NCBI RefSeq assembly: GCF_001194135.2
Contig: NC_068985.1
Location: 115,883,514 to 115,947,513 of the forward strand
Direction of reading: 5' to 3'
DNA length: 64,000 nucleotides
DNA from: Octopus bimaculoides
Taxonomy: Eukaryota
The position numbers were made by a program, and so were the translations under genes. Of this stretch, positions 39,450 through 50,987 are shown piece by piece. Each line of letters starts with the position of its first letter. Position 1 is the first letter of the stretch. Below the pieces are notes generated by a model, which did not search any database, was not told the origin of the DNA, and saw only the letters and a program-made list of their open reading frames with translations.

Positions 39450-40287
39450 GGTAAGGATTTTACAAAGGAGTAAAGAAAAATCGGCAAGTTATGGAGGTTC
39501 AATCTAAGATTTATGCGTACAGAGTCATGTATTTTCGAATAAGAATATGCGATAAGAATAAATTAGATTTATTTAAGACCACTGATGTTTGATAGATTGG
39601 TAGTATTTATGTTGCTCTTAGAGGTTTTCTGCAAGAAATCTGTCACGTATCATATATCTCTGTGGAATTGTGATTAATTTTGAATGATGGTATTAGTAAA
39701 ATCGCTGTAAAAGAACTGTTGAGAAATGGTGTTATAGACGAATAAAATGGCGGGAAACTAAGTAGGGATTTTAATTCAATATTCTATGAGTTCTGCTAAG
39801 ATTACTGAATTGTAATCTGATTGGTAGGATTTTTGGTAGCCTAGTTCATTTGTAGCAGTGCACATGTTACTGAGATAAGCAAAAAGCTAAATATTAATTT
39901 CTCATAGAAAGAGATTATTAAATTTTGATCACATGGTTCTTTGAATGTTAATTAAATGAAGTTATTATTATATGTTACACATGTATAAGATGTGTGCTTC
40001 TAATAGTAACAGGGTTGTATTAGCAGATAGGTGTTTAGAATGGGTAGTAGCATACCAGCCTATAGCAATTATAAACGTAGCTTAATTATATGTTTGTGCT
40101 CTCAAGACACAACTAAACATGTAGGCAAGCATTGCTTAGTTATGGATTATAATTATGATTTGATGAAAAAGAGTTTTGTCGATGAGCAAATAAAATTGAA
40201 TCTCAGAGGAAATAATTTATACATCAATGTTATGTTTGGTAAAAGAGATAAGGCAAAAAAGTGGCTAGTATTAAAGAAAACAGTGAG

Positions 40288-40290
<3 letters not shown>
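39450..40290 (+). mobile_element. Decayed Penelope-like RT (tentative)
   Basis: ~40010-40070 reads GLY*QIGV..MGSSIPAYSN, resembling LYxQxxGxAMGSxxAPxYAN; surrounding motifs barely recognisable. Confidence 0.35.
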
Positions 40291-40329
<39 letters not shown>

Positions 40330-40569
40330 AAAATTTGTCGTCAATTTAGAGTAGCAATATTGATGGATTGAATTGACATTTCCTCCGGGAGAAAATTATC
40401 AGAATAAATAGCATTATATCATATTTTATATACGAAGATGATTACACCTAAAATGGTACTCTGACAGCACGAAGTGTCTGGGATTTGTATTATATTATAC
40501 AGAAGAAAATGAGTTGGAGAAATAAAATGGAAAATCTTTAAGATGAATAAATATAGATTTCGAATTTTG

Positions 40570-40755
40570 GCACAACGCCAGAAAATTCTTGGGAAGGGTA
40601 AGTCGATAACGTGGACCATAGTGTTTCACTTGTAATAATTTTATCGACACCGAAAGAATTCATGGCAAGGTCTATCTTGAACATAGATCATAAAAGCAAT
40701 TGAAATGCCACTAAGCATGTCAGCTGGCGTGCTAGCGACTCTGCCAGCTCGCAGC
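40570..40755 (-). mobile_element. SINE family B, degenerate
   Basis: Ends GCTAAGCATGTC...GTGCTAGCGACTCTGCCAGCTCGC, the reverse complement of the family B head. Confidence 0.7.
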
Positions 40756-42289
40756 TTTAATTGAAGATGAATAAATACTAGAAACAAGTTTTAAACATGA
40801 GCAATGTGGTGGAAAATATATGGTATACAGATATAAAGGAATATACAGATGTATGGATGGACAGGTTACCAAAAGGCAGTTGAGCGAAATTGTATATCTG
40901 GTAAAATATTCTACTTAAGCTTTGATACAAATTCCATGGTTATTATATATGGTCATCGTGCGCGGTGATGGTACTTAGCCTGCAAATCCCCAATTTTACT
41001 TACATTATTTCATAATGCTAATACTTCTCAAGATAATCTTCGAACACGTTGATGTAATACCGAGTCGTTACCGGAATCTAGCTGCTAGATAAATAAGTCT
41101 ATGTATGTCAGTGTTGGAAGCCATGATTGGGGAGGTGATCATGTTGAAAATACATGCACCGTGTATTTCTCGTACAAAAGTTTAGGCACGGCTTGAATAC
41201 ATAGTCACTGTGACATGCTGCAAGAATAATGTAGAGTCGGTTATGATTAAGCAATTGCAACATCACAGCTACGCACAGGGATCTCAGCTCCGTTCAGTGT
41301 CCTGATTAGTGTAAGAGGTGTATAGAGGAGTTCATATTCAACCGATGGATGCCTTTTACACAAGGTCTATAGTGAAATGGTTGGCGGAGTTCAGCATATT
41401 ACTGCAACAAATATATAATATTCTGCAAATTTCTTTTGGGACATGCCGTTGGTAGACGAGTACAGTCTTCCCTGTAGCTGTATTTTGAATGGTGATCAAG
41501 TGTAGTACAACTTCCTCTGCATCTTGTTAGTGAATATTGTGTCTATTTGAGTAGGAGTGACTGAGGAGTGAGTAAGTAAAAGCTGTTGATATAGAGATAT
41601 GCTTCAGGTGACGGAACGTAGATTGTAGTCTCTTTTATAATCTTATAAGCGCGTTGCACATTTGCGTACTGTAAATATGTATGTATTTATGCATGCATGC
41701 ATGAATGTGTGTATGTATGTATGTATGTATGTGTGTATGTATGTATACATGTATGCATATTATCGACCTCACGCACTTAATGTATCTATGTACGAATGTA
41801 CGTACTCTGCTTGTTCACATGTATAAACTGCGATTTGACGCGGTGGGGAGGCTCCACTCAAAGTGCCGATTGTTAAAACACCTGAAAGTCATGGACAAGC
41901 GAGACAACTTACTCCAAATCCCACTCACGTGTCACGCACATTGATGTTTCCCCATTTCTGTGGTTTATAAACATTAGAAACCTGAAACAAATTGAAGGTG
42001 AACTGAATTGACAATCAATGACCTGGTATCTTTATTTCCTCAAAGTTGAAACAGTTGAATATACCATCCTCATATTCAAGGAAATCAGCGGAAATTATAA
42101 GCACGGACGTAGAAATGCTGAAAAGAATATTAGCAACCTCCACCACGAGCTCATCTCTAACTTCGGATTAATGAACAGAACTGGATCATACACATCAGAC
42201 CCCTGTCTACACACTGAAGATTCATTAGCCCAAATCCTCCATTAAACCCATTATTAGATCACTCTGTCCCACAAAATAAGACTTAAGCC

Positions 42290-43385
42290 GAATTGCCAAA
42301 TGCATAATCGACTGAATTATACCTCTAGTTAGGAATAATTCAAACTTCTACTTTGTAATTGGGCTATTAAGTCATCATTTGATTCCTCTGCCTTTCTAAT
42401 AAGTCACGCACCCACTTCCTTCAGTTCGATATTTCCAACTAAAGTACCTTCATATAATCAATTCCTTTATATAAGGCGCTACTCTTTACAAGCAAATACG
42501 TTCCTATTTCCCGCTCCAAAATCGACAACATCCTGGTGGCTAGAAAAACAGTTCTATATTTCAATAGTAATTACTGATTTCTCAACTCGTCTATAGATTC
42601 ATTTGGTTTTACCATGGGTTCACCCGATTCCGCCCAGCTTTCTGACCTAGTCGGACTCTTCATTCTTTCCCGAAATAACCGACGCTTCACCAAACTTTCC
42701 AGAGGTTTCTATAGAGATTATGGATTCCTTACAACCACTGGTTTATATCAACAGTCCATTGAACGCACCTAGAAGGTCCTCAGTATTTTCTTCAAAAATT
42801 CATACCTTACAATATACTTTGAAAACAATTCTAAATTAGTGAAATTCTTTGATTTCACTTCCGACATAGACGCAGGCCTGTATTATTTTTTTCAGTATAC
42901 CTAATCAACCACAATAATATATGAACAATATATAACGTTATATATACGTTATATATAACACTATATGAACGTTCTATCCATTCACCGTGTACTTGCTCTT
43001 AATAGTATCGTCTCTGGTGTCTCTATTAGCAAATGAGGACATCTTTAATACTCACGCCTCTCCCTATGAGCAAACTCTGCAGAATAGTGATTTCCGTGAG
43101 AAGATTTCCTGTATCCCCAACATTAAACTAAAAGCTAAACTCGCACTTCTCTTTCCCACTTTGGATCCCAGCCCCGTCAGGCCTACATTTATCCATCCAC
43201 ACTCTATCAACCTACAAATTAACCCCCAACGCACTGCACTCGCCTCTCCCTCAGGCCACCTCGAACATTTACTATACTCCCTAATTAGAACTACACACAA
43301 CATCTCCTCGCTCTAAGCCTCCAAGTGTAGAAAGCGCGACAAATTATGGTCCGCGTCAACTTTCTCCCTTCAAGTTAAATCTTGT
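42290..43385 (+). mobile_element. Penelope-like element reverse transcriptase pseudogene
   Basis: HFLQFDISN..YPS, KALLFTSKYVPISRSKIDNILVARKTVLYFNSNY*FLNSSIDSFGFTMGSPDSAQLSDLVGLFILS, FYRDYGF (cf. YRDDGL), VKFFDFT, ANEDIFNTHASPYEQTLQNSDF, RKRDKLW (cf. RKRNIIWFNPP). Confidence 0.85.
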
Positions 43386-43624
43386 AGTTGCCGCCCAGCG
43401 ACTACACTGATGACAGCTCCGGTCCTTCTTTGAGATAACCGGTCATACGAAACAAACCTCTAAAGGTATGAATTCTAACCCCTCAGCTGGTCTAAAAACA
43501 TGCAAATGCTGGGTCTCCCAACTCTGTCTGCTTTAAGGTGTCTGTCTACGCAATAACATAGTCAGTAAATTCTGGGTAATAACACCAGGGAAGCGTTTAC
43601 ATTGGCGGTGGTATTTGAGACTAT

Positions 43625-43850
43625 GAAAGGAATGCCGCTAAGCATTTCGTTTGAAGTGCTAAACATACTTCCAGCTCACCGCCGTTGCACCTATTATAAT
43701 AACTGTTTCATAACTTGGTACAAAATCAGCTATTTTTCAAAGAAACGGCAACTGGTTTACATTAATCCCAGAAATTGCTGGTAAATTGTTTATCAAACCG
43801 GAAATGATGAAAAGCAAAGTCGTCCTCGGATGTATTTGAGCTAAAGAACC
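43625..43850 (-). mobile_element. SINE family B fragments
   Basis: CCGCTAAGCATTTCG...GTGCTAA...CCAGCTCACCGCC and GATGAAAAGCAAAGTCGTCCTCGG. Confidence 0.6.
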
Positions 43851-43879
43851 TAATATAATAGTGACTATTATTATTATGA

Positions 43880-44420
43880 TTATTGAATTAGAGAGCAGGG
43901 CATGCCGTCAAATTGACACTGGGGTAAAATATACGAAGCCCAGTATACCCATCATGACTACCCATCTGATAAGGGTACACTAGGCACATACATCGCAACC
44001 ATATGTGCGCAACATAGTGGTCTCTTATCAAGATAAACAGTACATGACCTTGCTGGTGGGGCCCAGTTAGTATTTTCTTCAGGTCGAGTAACCCATCAAG
44101 AGGTCCCTGAATAAGGTTTGTTTAAGGATGTTGAGCAAAATACCCATGTTTCCAAAAGTGAATTATTCAAACCCCAAAGAATTCCTCTCGAAACATGGCT
44201 ATGATGCTCCCACACTACGTTTGCACGTGGTCAGAGATGCACATATCGTCAGCCACCAAGGGACATGCTCAACTGGTTACGGTCAAACAACAGACAAGCA
44301 AATCTGTGGTATTAAGCAGAATATTTGCTGTAGCCCATCTTTTATACCAAGACAAAACAATGTACATGATAACACTTCCAATCAGTTAAGATGAGAAGCC
44401 ATGTTAGCCACTGCCTGGTA
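43880..44420 (-). repeat. Unclassified ~540-bp interspersed repeat without a tRNA-like head
   Basis: Its reverse complement aligns with 62215-62450 (AAATATTCTGCT...ACAGATTTG...TATGTGCATC...CATAGCCATGT...GAATTCTTTGGGGTTT); flanked by (TTA)n-like tracts; no meaningful ORF. Confidence 0.7.
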
Positions 44421-45660
44421 TTACATCAAGACATTTATTATTATTATTATGATTATTATTACATTTTATTGGAGTATTAAATAGTCCAGTAATATAGGGT
44501 GCATAATTCCTACTTTAAGTTTCCAACCTTTCATAAATGCCCTTCAGCATTAGTACTATCAAATCGGTTAACCCATTCATAGTTCTTCTAACGTCTAACA
44601 GCATAATTCCGCGGCGAAATAAAGAAATGGAGTAGAAAAATTGCCCGAAGTGTTAGAAAGAAAAACAGAAAAAGAAAAGAACTCAACATCAGATGGGAGA
44701 TAATGAGAGAGGAAAATAGAAAAAAAGCAGCGAAGAGTTAAAGAGTCAGCTAGCGAGAAGATGATAGAGGGAAGGAGAGACAGAGAGGGGGAGAGAGTAG
44801 TAGAGCGAGAGAAGGTTGGTGACTTGCGTTTACAGGTATAATTGTTGTTTGTATTGATGAAGTTCTTGTTCATTTTGTTGTTAGCTTCTGTGTGAATTGG
44901 AAATTTGTTTATATCAATAGAAAAATATCAACATCGATAAAATTGATTAGAGGATGACTGCGACAAACCTACTAATTAGAAGTCATTTTCTAATTTTAAT
45001 GAACTTGGTTTTGGAAACATTGTCCACTGGATTAATTGTGGTTTTCAGAATAACTTGCTGATTGGTTAGTAAAATACTAATTAAGTCCCTTTTGGTTTCT
45101 GCTAGTAATATTCGTTTGTTTTTGTGCGGATGTATATACGTTTGTATGAATGTTTAAATGAAAGGACGTATTCATATGTCTTTAAATATAAGTGGGCGTA
45201 TGTGTATATTTGTGTTTGCCTGATAGGTGCTTTATGGCTCTATGTGTAGTTCTCTGAGTGCACTTGTATGTGGATGTACAAACGCAACCATCTTCAATTA
45301 TGTGTGTGGACATGCACGTGCTTTTTCTGTATGAATTCTGCATTGGTTTGTGCGTACGTACATGAGCAAATGTGAAGCTGTGAGTGCGGACAATCGTTAT
45401 GGTGTTGTTACTATACATGCAGTCATTCAGTGATAACACATACTGGACTAATGCCATACTGGGGTACCATACTAACAGGTTTTAATCGATCGCGTCAGCC
45501 CTAGTATATATTTCAGTTAGATACATTGTTGCTTGCTCTCTATCCAGTCGAATTGCTTCTTCTAGATCATAAAAGGACGCAACAGATACAAGGGAATTTC
45601 TTCGTGTAGACTGAAGCTGACAAGAATACAGATTCTATAACACGCATACCATATATTGTT

Positions 45661-46064
45661 TCCTTTTATTCTTTTACTTGTTTCAGACATTTCACTGCAG
45701 AGCTTTTTAGAGAACTTTTTAGGCTAAGAAATCGACCCCAGCACATACTCTTTGTAAGCATATTTTATCGGGCTCTTTTGTCGAGCTGCTAAGTTACAGG
45801 GACGTAAACACACCAACATCAATTGTCGACCAATATAGAGTAACAAACACAGTCAGAAACACAATCACACATACAGACACACACGTATATATTTATATAT
45901 ACGACGGACTACTTTCTGTTTCCATCTAACAAATCCGTTTACAAGGCTTTGGTCGGCCCGAGGCAATAGTAGAAAATACTATAGCAAAGTACCAAAGAGT
46001 AGGACTGAAACCAGAACCATGTGGTTGAGAAGTAAGTTTCTTATCACACAGCCACACCCGCGCC
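45661..46064 (-). mobile_element. SINE family A, full length
   Basis: Minus strand from GGCGCGGGTGTGGCTGTG through GCCTCGGGCCGACCAAAGCCTTG, internal TA/CA tract, GATGTTGGTGTGTTTACGTCCC, to CTGAAACAAGTAAAAGAATAAAAG tail. Confidence 0.9.
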
Positions 46065-46067
46065 TAC

Positions 46068-46144
<77 letters not shown>

Positions 46145-46259
46145 TGTGTGTGTGTGTGTGTGTGCGTGTGTGTGTGTGTGTGTGTTTGTGTAATTATTAT
46201 TATGATTCGGGGTACCGAGGAAGCAGCACCATGCTAGATATACCCATTGAAACAGACTG

Positions 46260-46345
46260 TAGAACCTCATCACATTTTCATATAGCACCGGTGAATGGAG
46301 AAATGAACAAAGAAATGTGCTATATGAAAACATGATGTGGTTCTA
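46260..46345 (-). ncRNA. Pre-miRNA-like hairpin (unverified)
   Basis: 29-bp stem with 28-nt loop; 26 Watson-Crick pairs; two plus-strand A-C mismatches become G-U pairs on the minus strand. Confidence 0.3.
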
Positions 46346-46627
46346 GAGCCAGTGTTGACATCTATATCTAGTATGGTATTCTATTTCTTCGGTACCTGTA
46401 ATTATATTTATATGTATATTATTATGTATCTATAATAATTACTACTTATACGGCTTTTCTATGCTGGCCACTTGATATGATCGTTATTCTAAATAATCGT
46501 CTTATTTATCATTTTTATCTCTCTCTAACATTTTCTCTCTCACTCCCTCTCTGTCTGTCTGTCTGTCTGTCTCTCTATACCTATCTATCTATCTAGCTAT
46601 CTATCTATTTTTATATCTGTCTACCTG

Positions 46628-46666
<39 letters not shown>

Positions 46667-46699
46667 GTCTGTCTATGTATCTATCTCTAAATATATATA

Positions 46700-47730
46700 C
46701 TAGTGGGTGTACCTGGTAATTCCCGGGGTAAAGATGTTCTATTGATACGCCTTATTACTCTGATATAAGAAAGCAATTTCGTTATAACTGCAACAAAAAG
46801 TGTATTTTCTGTAACGAAAAAGTACATAAAACTATCAGCTGGAGAAGGGAGAGATTGTTGGAGGTTGGGGAGAGAGGTTATATAACTATAAGAGTTGAAG
46901 TGTTAAGTGAAATTTGGCAATCGAGGATCGAATGCACGCTATGCCTGTATGAAGCCACTACAAATACGTTGTGGAATAAACATATTTATCTACTGTCATG
47001 GAAAAAGTGTAACTGTAAAAATGCAGAATTAACGGAGTAATGGGCATTCAAAAAAGTACGTATGTATAGAAATGTATGAATGAAGTCTTTAAGGTTTAAG
47101 ATTAAAATCAAGGAAGTGCAATAATAATGTTTAGCAGTTCAAAACTGTGAGTAGTGAAATGCAGAATTAGATCGGCTGATCGTGAGAATCAAATATTGAT
47201 AGCTTCGCTTAAACCTGCAGGTGGTATCGGTTATTTCCCTTGGATTGTTTAAATAAAATATTAGTAATATGTAGTAGACAGAAGGATCCATTGGAGGGCC
47301 CCTATTATCGATTTTTTCAACGATCTAAGTATGTCACGAAGTTTCCAGTCATGAGTTCTACTCACGTGTCAAATAAAGTGATATTGTCTGCAAAATTAGA
47401 AATTAGACACACAAAAAATTCAATATTCAAAGTAATGGAACATAAACAATGAAATGGGTTATTTCCTTTGAGTATTTAAAAGAATATTTCGCAGGTGCTA
47501 TGGGTTATTTCCCTTCAGTGTTTAAAAACATTAGTTATATGAGGTAGATATAAAGGTCACTTCCACGGGCCATATTATCGATTTTTTTAACAATCTAAGC
47601 ATGTCACGAGGTTTCCAGAATGAGTTCTACTCACGTGTCAAGTTTCATCAAAATCAATATAACGATGTAGGAGAGGTTAATTAACAATGCCACAAACAAA
47701 CACATACCAATTTTCCACATATGTAGTAGA
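46700..47730 (-). mobile_element. Helitron-like non-autonomous element
   Basis: Minus strand begins TCTACTACATATG...(ACAA)-type tract...GATTTTGATGAAACTT and ends with an imperfect GC hairpin CCCGGGAATTACCAGG followed by CTAG|T; internal diverged ~155-bp direct repeat (47215-47372 vs 47491-47642). Confidence 0.65.
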
Positions 47731-48622
47731 CTTATATATACATATATACACGTATATATATATATGTATATGTATATACATACCTTGTATGCTTATGTGG
47801 AAATAACTATATTGCTATCTATATTTATGTGTGTGTGTGTGTGCGTGCGTGTGCGTGCGTGTGTGCGTGAGAGAGAGAGAAAGAGGGTGTAAGTTTATGT
47901 TGTGCCTGTCTCGTGAAGTACAATAATGGTAAACAAACTTAAATGAAATAAATACCAACCATTGAATGCAGTACGCAGCATGAAGTTTCTCTGGGGAAAA
48001 AGAACGGGCATATATATGTACATGTATACACACATAATCACACGCGCGTATATATGTGTGCACAAAGAGAAATAGAGAATATAAGTAGCTAGATTGAAAT
48101 GTAGATAGAGAGATACATATATATTTATAAATACATAAATACATACGTAGACTGTAATTTCTCATTATGCATTATCATTGTCATCATCAACATAAGCAGC
48201 AGCAGCAGCAGCAGCAGTGGCAGGAGCATAATTATCATGATCAGTATCGCCATCATAATTCATTATAAATATTAAAATACTGGCGGATGGGGTAAATGAA
48301 TATAATAACAATATGAAATTTTTTAATGGAAGCGTTGCTTACACACAACGTACATTTTGATAAAGATACAAACGAAAGGAAAATTTTCTTTTAAGTCTTT
48401 AACAATGAAACACTCAACAGATTCTTTTATACAGAATATATTTCAATTGCCACCATAGGTTGTATTGCAAAATTGGACGTAAATATTCACAGCCAGAAAC
48501 TGGTTCAATCCTCCATAACGAAATTCCAGCATAAAGTTCTCCTGAATCCCTCAATGAAATCATGCGCCCAAATGAGAATCGATGCTTCCGATACACACCA
48601 AACCACACACTTGGTTACACAA

Positions 48623-48850
48623 GGCGGCGAGCTGGCAGAAACGTTAGCACGCCGGGTGAAATGCTTAGTGCTATTTCGTCTGCCACTACGTTCTGAGTTC
48701 AAATTACGCCGAGGTCGACTTTGTCTTTCATCCTTTCGGCGTCTATTAAATAAGTACCAGTTACGCACTGGGGTCGATATAATCGACTTCATCCGTTCGT
48801 CTTCCTTGTTTATCCCCTCTGTGTGTAGCCCCTTGAGAGTAGTAAAGGAA
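48623..48850 (+). mobile_element. SINE family B, full length, well preserved
   Basis: GGCGGCGAGCTGGCAGAAACGTTAGCACGCCGG...GTTCTGAGTTCAAATTACGCCGAGGTCGACTTTG...TAAGTACCAGTTACGCACTGGGGTCGAT...AGCCCCTTG. Confidence 0.92.
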
Positions 48851-49394
48851 TAACACACTTTGTCACACACATATACACATACAGATATACTTTCACACAC
48901 CACACACACAGACAGCAAGCACAGATTATACATATAAACCACATGCACATACATACACACCATAGACGTAGCGTACGCACCCACACATTCATCAGATATA
49001 TATGCACCATGCACAGATATACCAGAACTGTATCCCCAGAAAGATTAATCTACCGACCCTAATAAGTCTCTCAAAAAAACCCACTTTACCTTCTCTCCCA
49101 CGCATGTCTTTTCTATAGCTATAATGGCCTCTGCTCTTCCGAGTAATCTAGTTGCTTTTCACTACCTCATGTGAAACTCTCCTCTTTTATTCTATTACCA
49201 CACAAGTATACAAAACTGAAATTCTATTCCAACATTGCACACGATTATTTCGTCCCAGAATACCAACAGTCTTAATTCTTTCCAGCAGTCTTCGAAAGCA
49301 ATAGTATAATACAAATATTAATTGCTTTATTCAATTGACAAAAAATAAAAATATCATTCACATAAATAAATTGCCGTATTTCTGAAATTGTTCA

Positions 49395-49570
49395 GAATAT
49401 GGAAGAATTCAACAATGTTACTCCGATGGACAACTCTCGTTTGGAGTCGCCTGCCATACTATTTTCAATTAAGGTGCCACTAGCATAAAATCAACTGCGA
49501 AACTCGAAGCTATCCGATGCCAAGAGGATTGCTTCAGAACAACAGATGGACGACTGGGCGATACTGAAAT
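49395..49570 (+). mobile_element. CR1 LINE C-terminal fragment
   Basis: TMLLRWTTLVWSRLPYYFQL, homologous to ILLLWRNFVLSHLDYYSQL at ~25920. Confidence 0.6.
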
Positions 49571-49740
49571 AGATGTGGTTCTACCCATAAGAATAATGAG
49601 AAAAAAAGTATTTTGGAAAAAATCCTTTTATTTCTTCATTAAACTCATTCCAATAGAATGGTAAAAGGAAAGAATAATCAAATAAATGGTGAATAGGAAG
49701 GTGGATACTCCTTCTCACCCTCTTACCCTGTACCCATATG

Positions 49741-49741
49741 C

Positions 49742-49808
<67 letters not shown>

Positions 49809-49836
49809 CCATTCTATCTATCATCTATCTATTTTT

Positions 49837-49881
<45 letters not shown>

Positions 49882-49950
49882 ATATCTATCTATCTATATA
49901 TTTATCTATATATCAGCCTATTTACCTACTTATATTTCTATCTATCCATC
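49741..49950. repeat. (TATC)n / (GATA)n tetranucleotide microsatellite
   Basis: Direct reading; similar tracts at 24469-24520, 46580-46690 and 61098-61130. Confidence 0.95.
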
Positions 49951-50257
49951 TCCATTGTCTTTGAACCTCAGCCACAAAAAACATCTGCTTTATATAAATG
50001 AACAAGCTGTTTGTAAATTCACCAAATTGGATTTGAGAAGTTCTAAAGAGGAACGAAAGCGCTAATAATAATGAAGAAATTAAAAGGATTTTTTTCCAAA
50101 ATTCTGACGACTTCTTTTCTCAATATATGTATATATACACACAAATATACACACACACATATATATATACATACATTTATATATATGAATATATATATAT
50201 ACACACATACATATATACATATATATATACACATATATATGTATGCATGTATATATG

Positions 50258-50308
<51 letters not shown>

Positions 50309-50574
50309 ACTCCCAAACAGGGCAGGTAGCAGGTGAAATATTAGAAAATAGCGATAAAATAATTGTTGACAGAAGTGAATTCATACTTTATAATTGAAGA
50401 TTTACTTTAAATGGCGTCAGCAATATTAATCCAATACTTTCCCCAAACTTCAATCTCACGTCTGAGTCGGAAAGTATGAAATAAAACAAATATACCAATT
50501 CACAAACTTAACGCCGATGCGATATACCAATGTCTTTGAATGATCTACAAATAGCCGGAGACATGACGGTGACG

Positions 50575-50705
50575 GCGAGAATTTGGTTTTATAACCACGT
50601 GGTGTCTGGTACACTCTCACTGAGTAGCACCTTGGATTAGTGACTTCTTCTATATCACCGGGTGGGCCAACACCTTATGAGTCTCTTTTGTAGGCGGAGT
50701 CTGCA
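50575..50705 (+). mobile_element. Degenerate SINE family A head
   Basis: AACCACGTGG...CTCACTGAGTAGCACCTTGG...CTTCTTCTATATCACCGGGTGGGCCAACACCTTATGAGT. Confidence 0.6.
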
Positions 50706-50873
50706 TATATATATATATATATATAAAATATATAGTTTTAGGGAAAATAACCAATTTTCAAGAACTCATCGATGAAAATCCACTATCACATATAGAAAAA
50801 TTAATAATTAAAAGCACAATACATGAGTATAATATAAAGTAAAGTAAATATCATAAGATAAATATAATAAAAA

Positions 50874-50987
50874 GATTACACGTGTTTCATAACCAATTTT
50901 CAAATAGAAAAGAAATTTAAATCGATTAAAATCAATTGAAATTATCGAAAATAAGTTCTATTCAAAAATATAGCTACTCGTCAGATC
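50874..50987 (-). ncRNA. Minimal type-I hammerhead ribozyme motif with long stem II loop
   Basis: Minus strand: GAT CTGACGA GTAGCTA-[75 nt]-TGGTTAT GAAA CACGTG TA ATC; intact core, 3-bp stem I, 7-bp stem II with wobbles, palindromic stem III, GUA triplet. Confidence 0.5.

Noticed and set aside
42575-42577. In-frame TGA in the PLE RT as selenocysteine
   Set aside because: It falls where Trp (TGG) is expected, the copy has other stops and frameshifts, and no SECIS was seen.
44360-44425. Faint resemblance to U2 snRNA
   Set aside because: Only scattered identity; no branch-point recognition sequence or Sm site.
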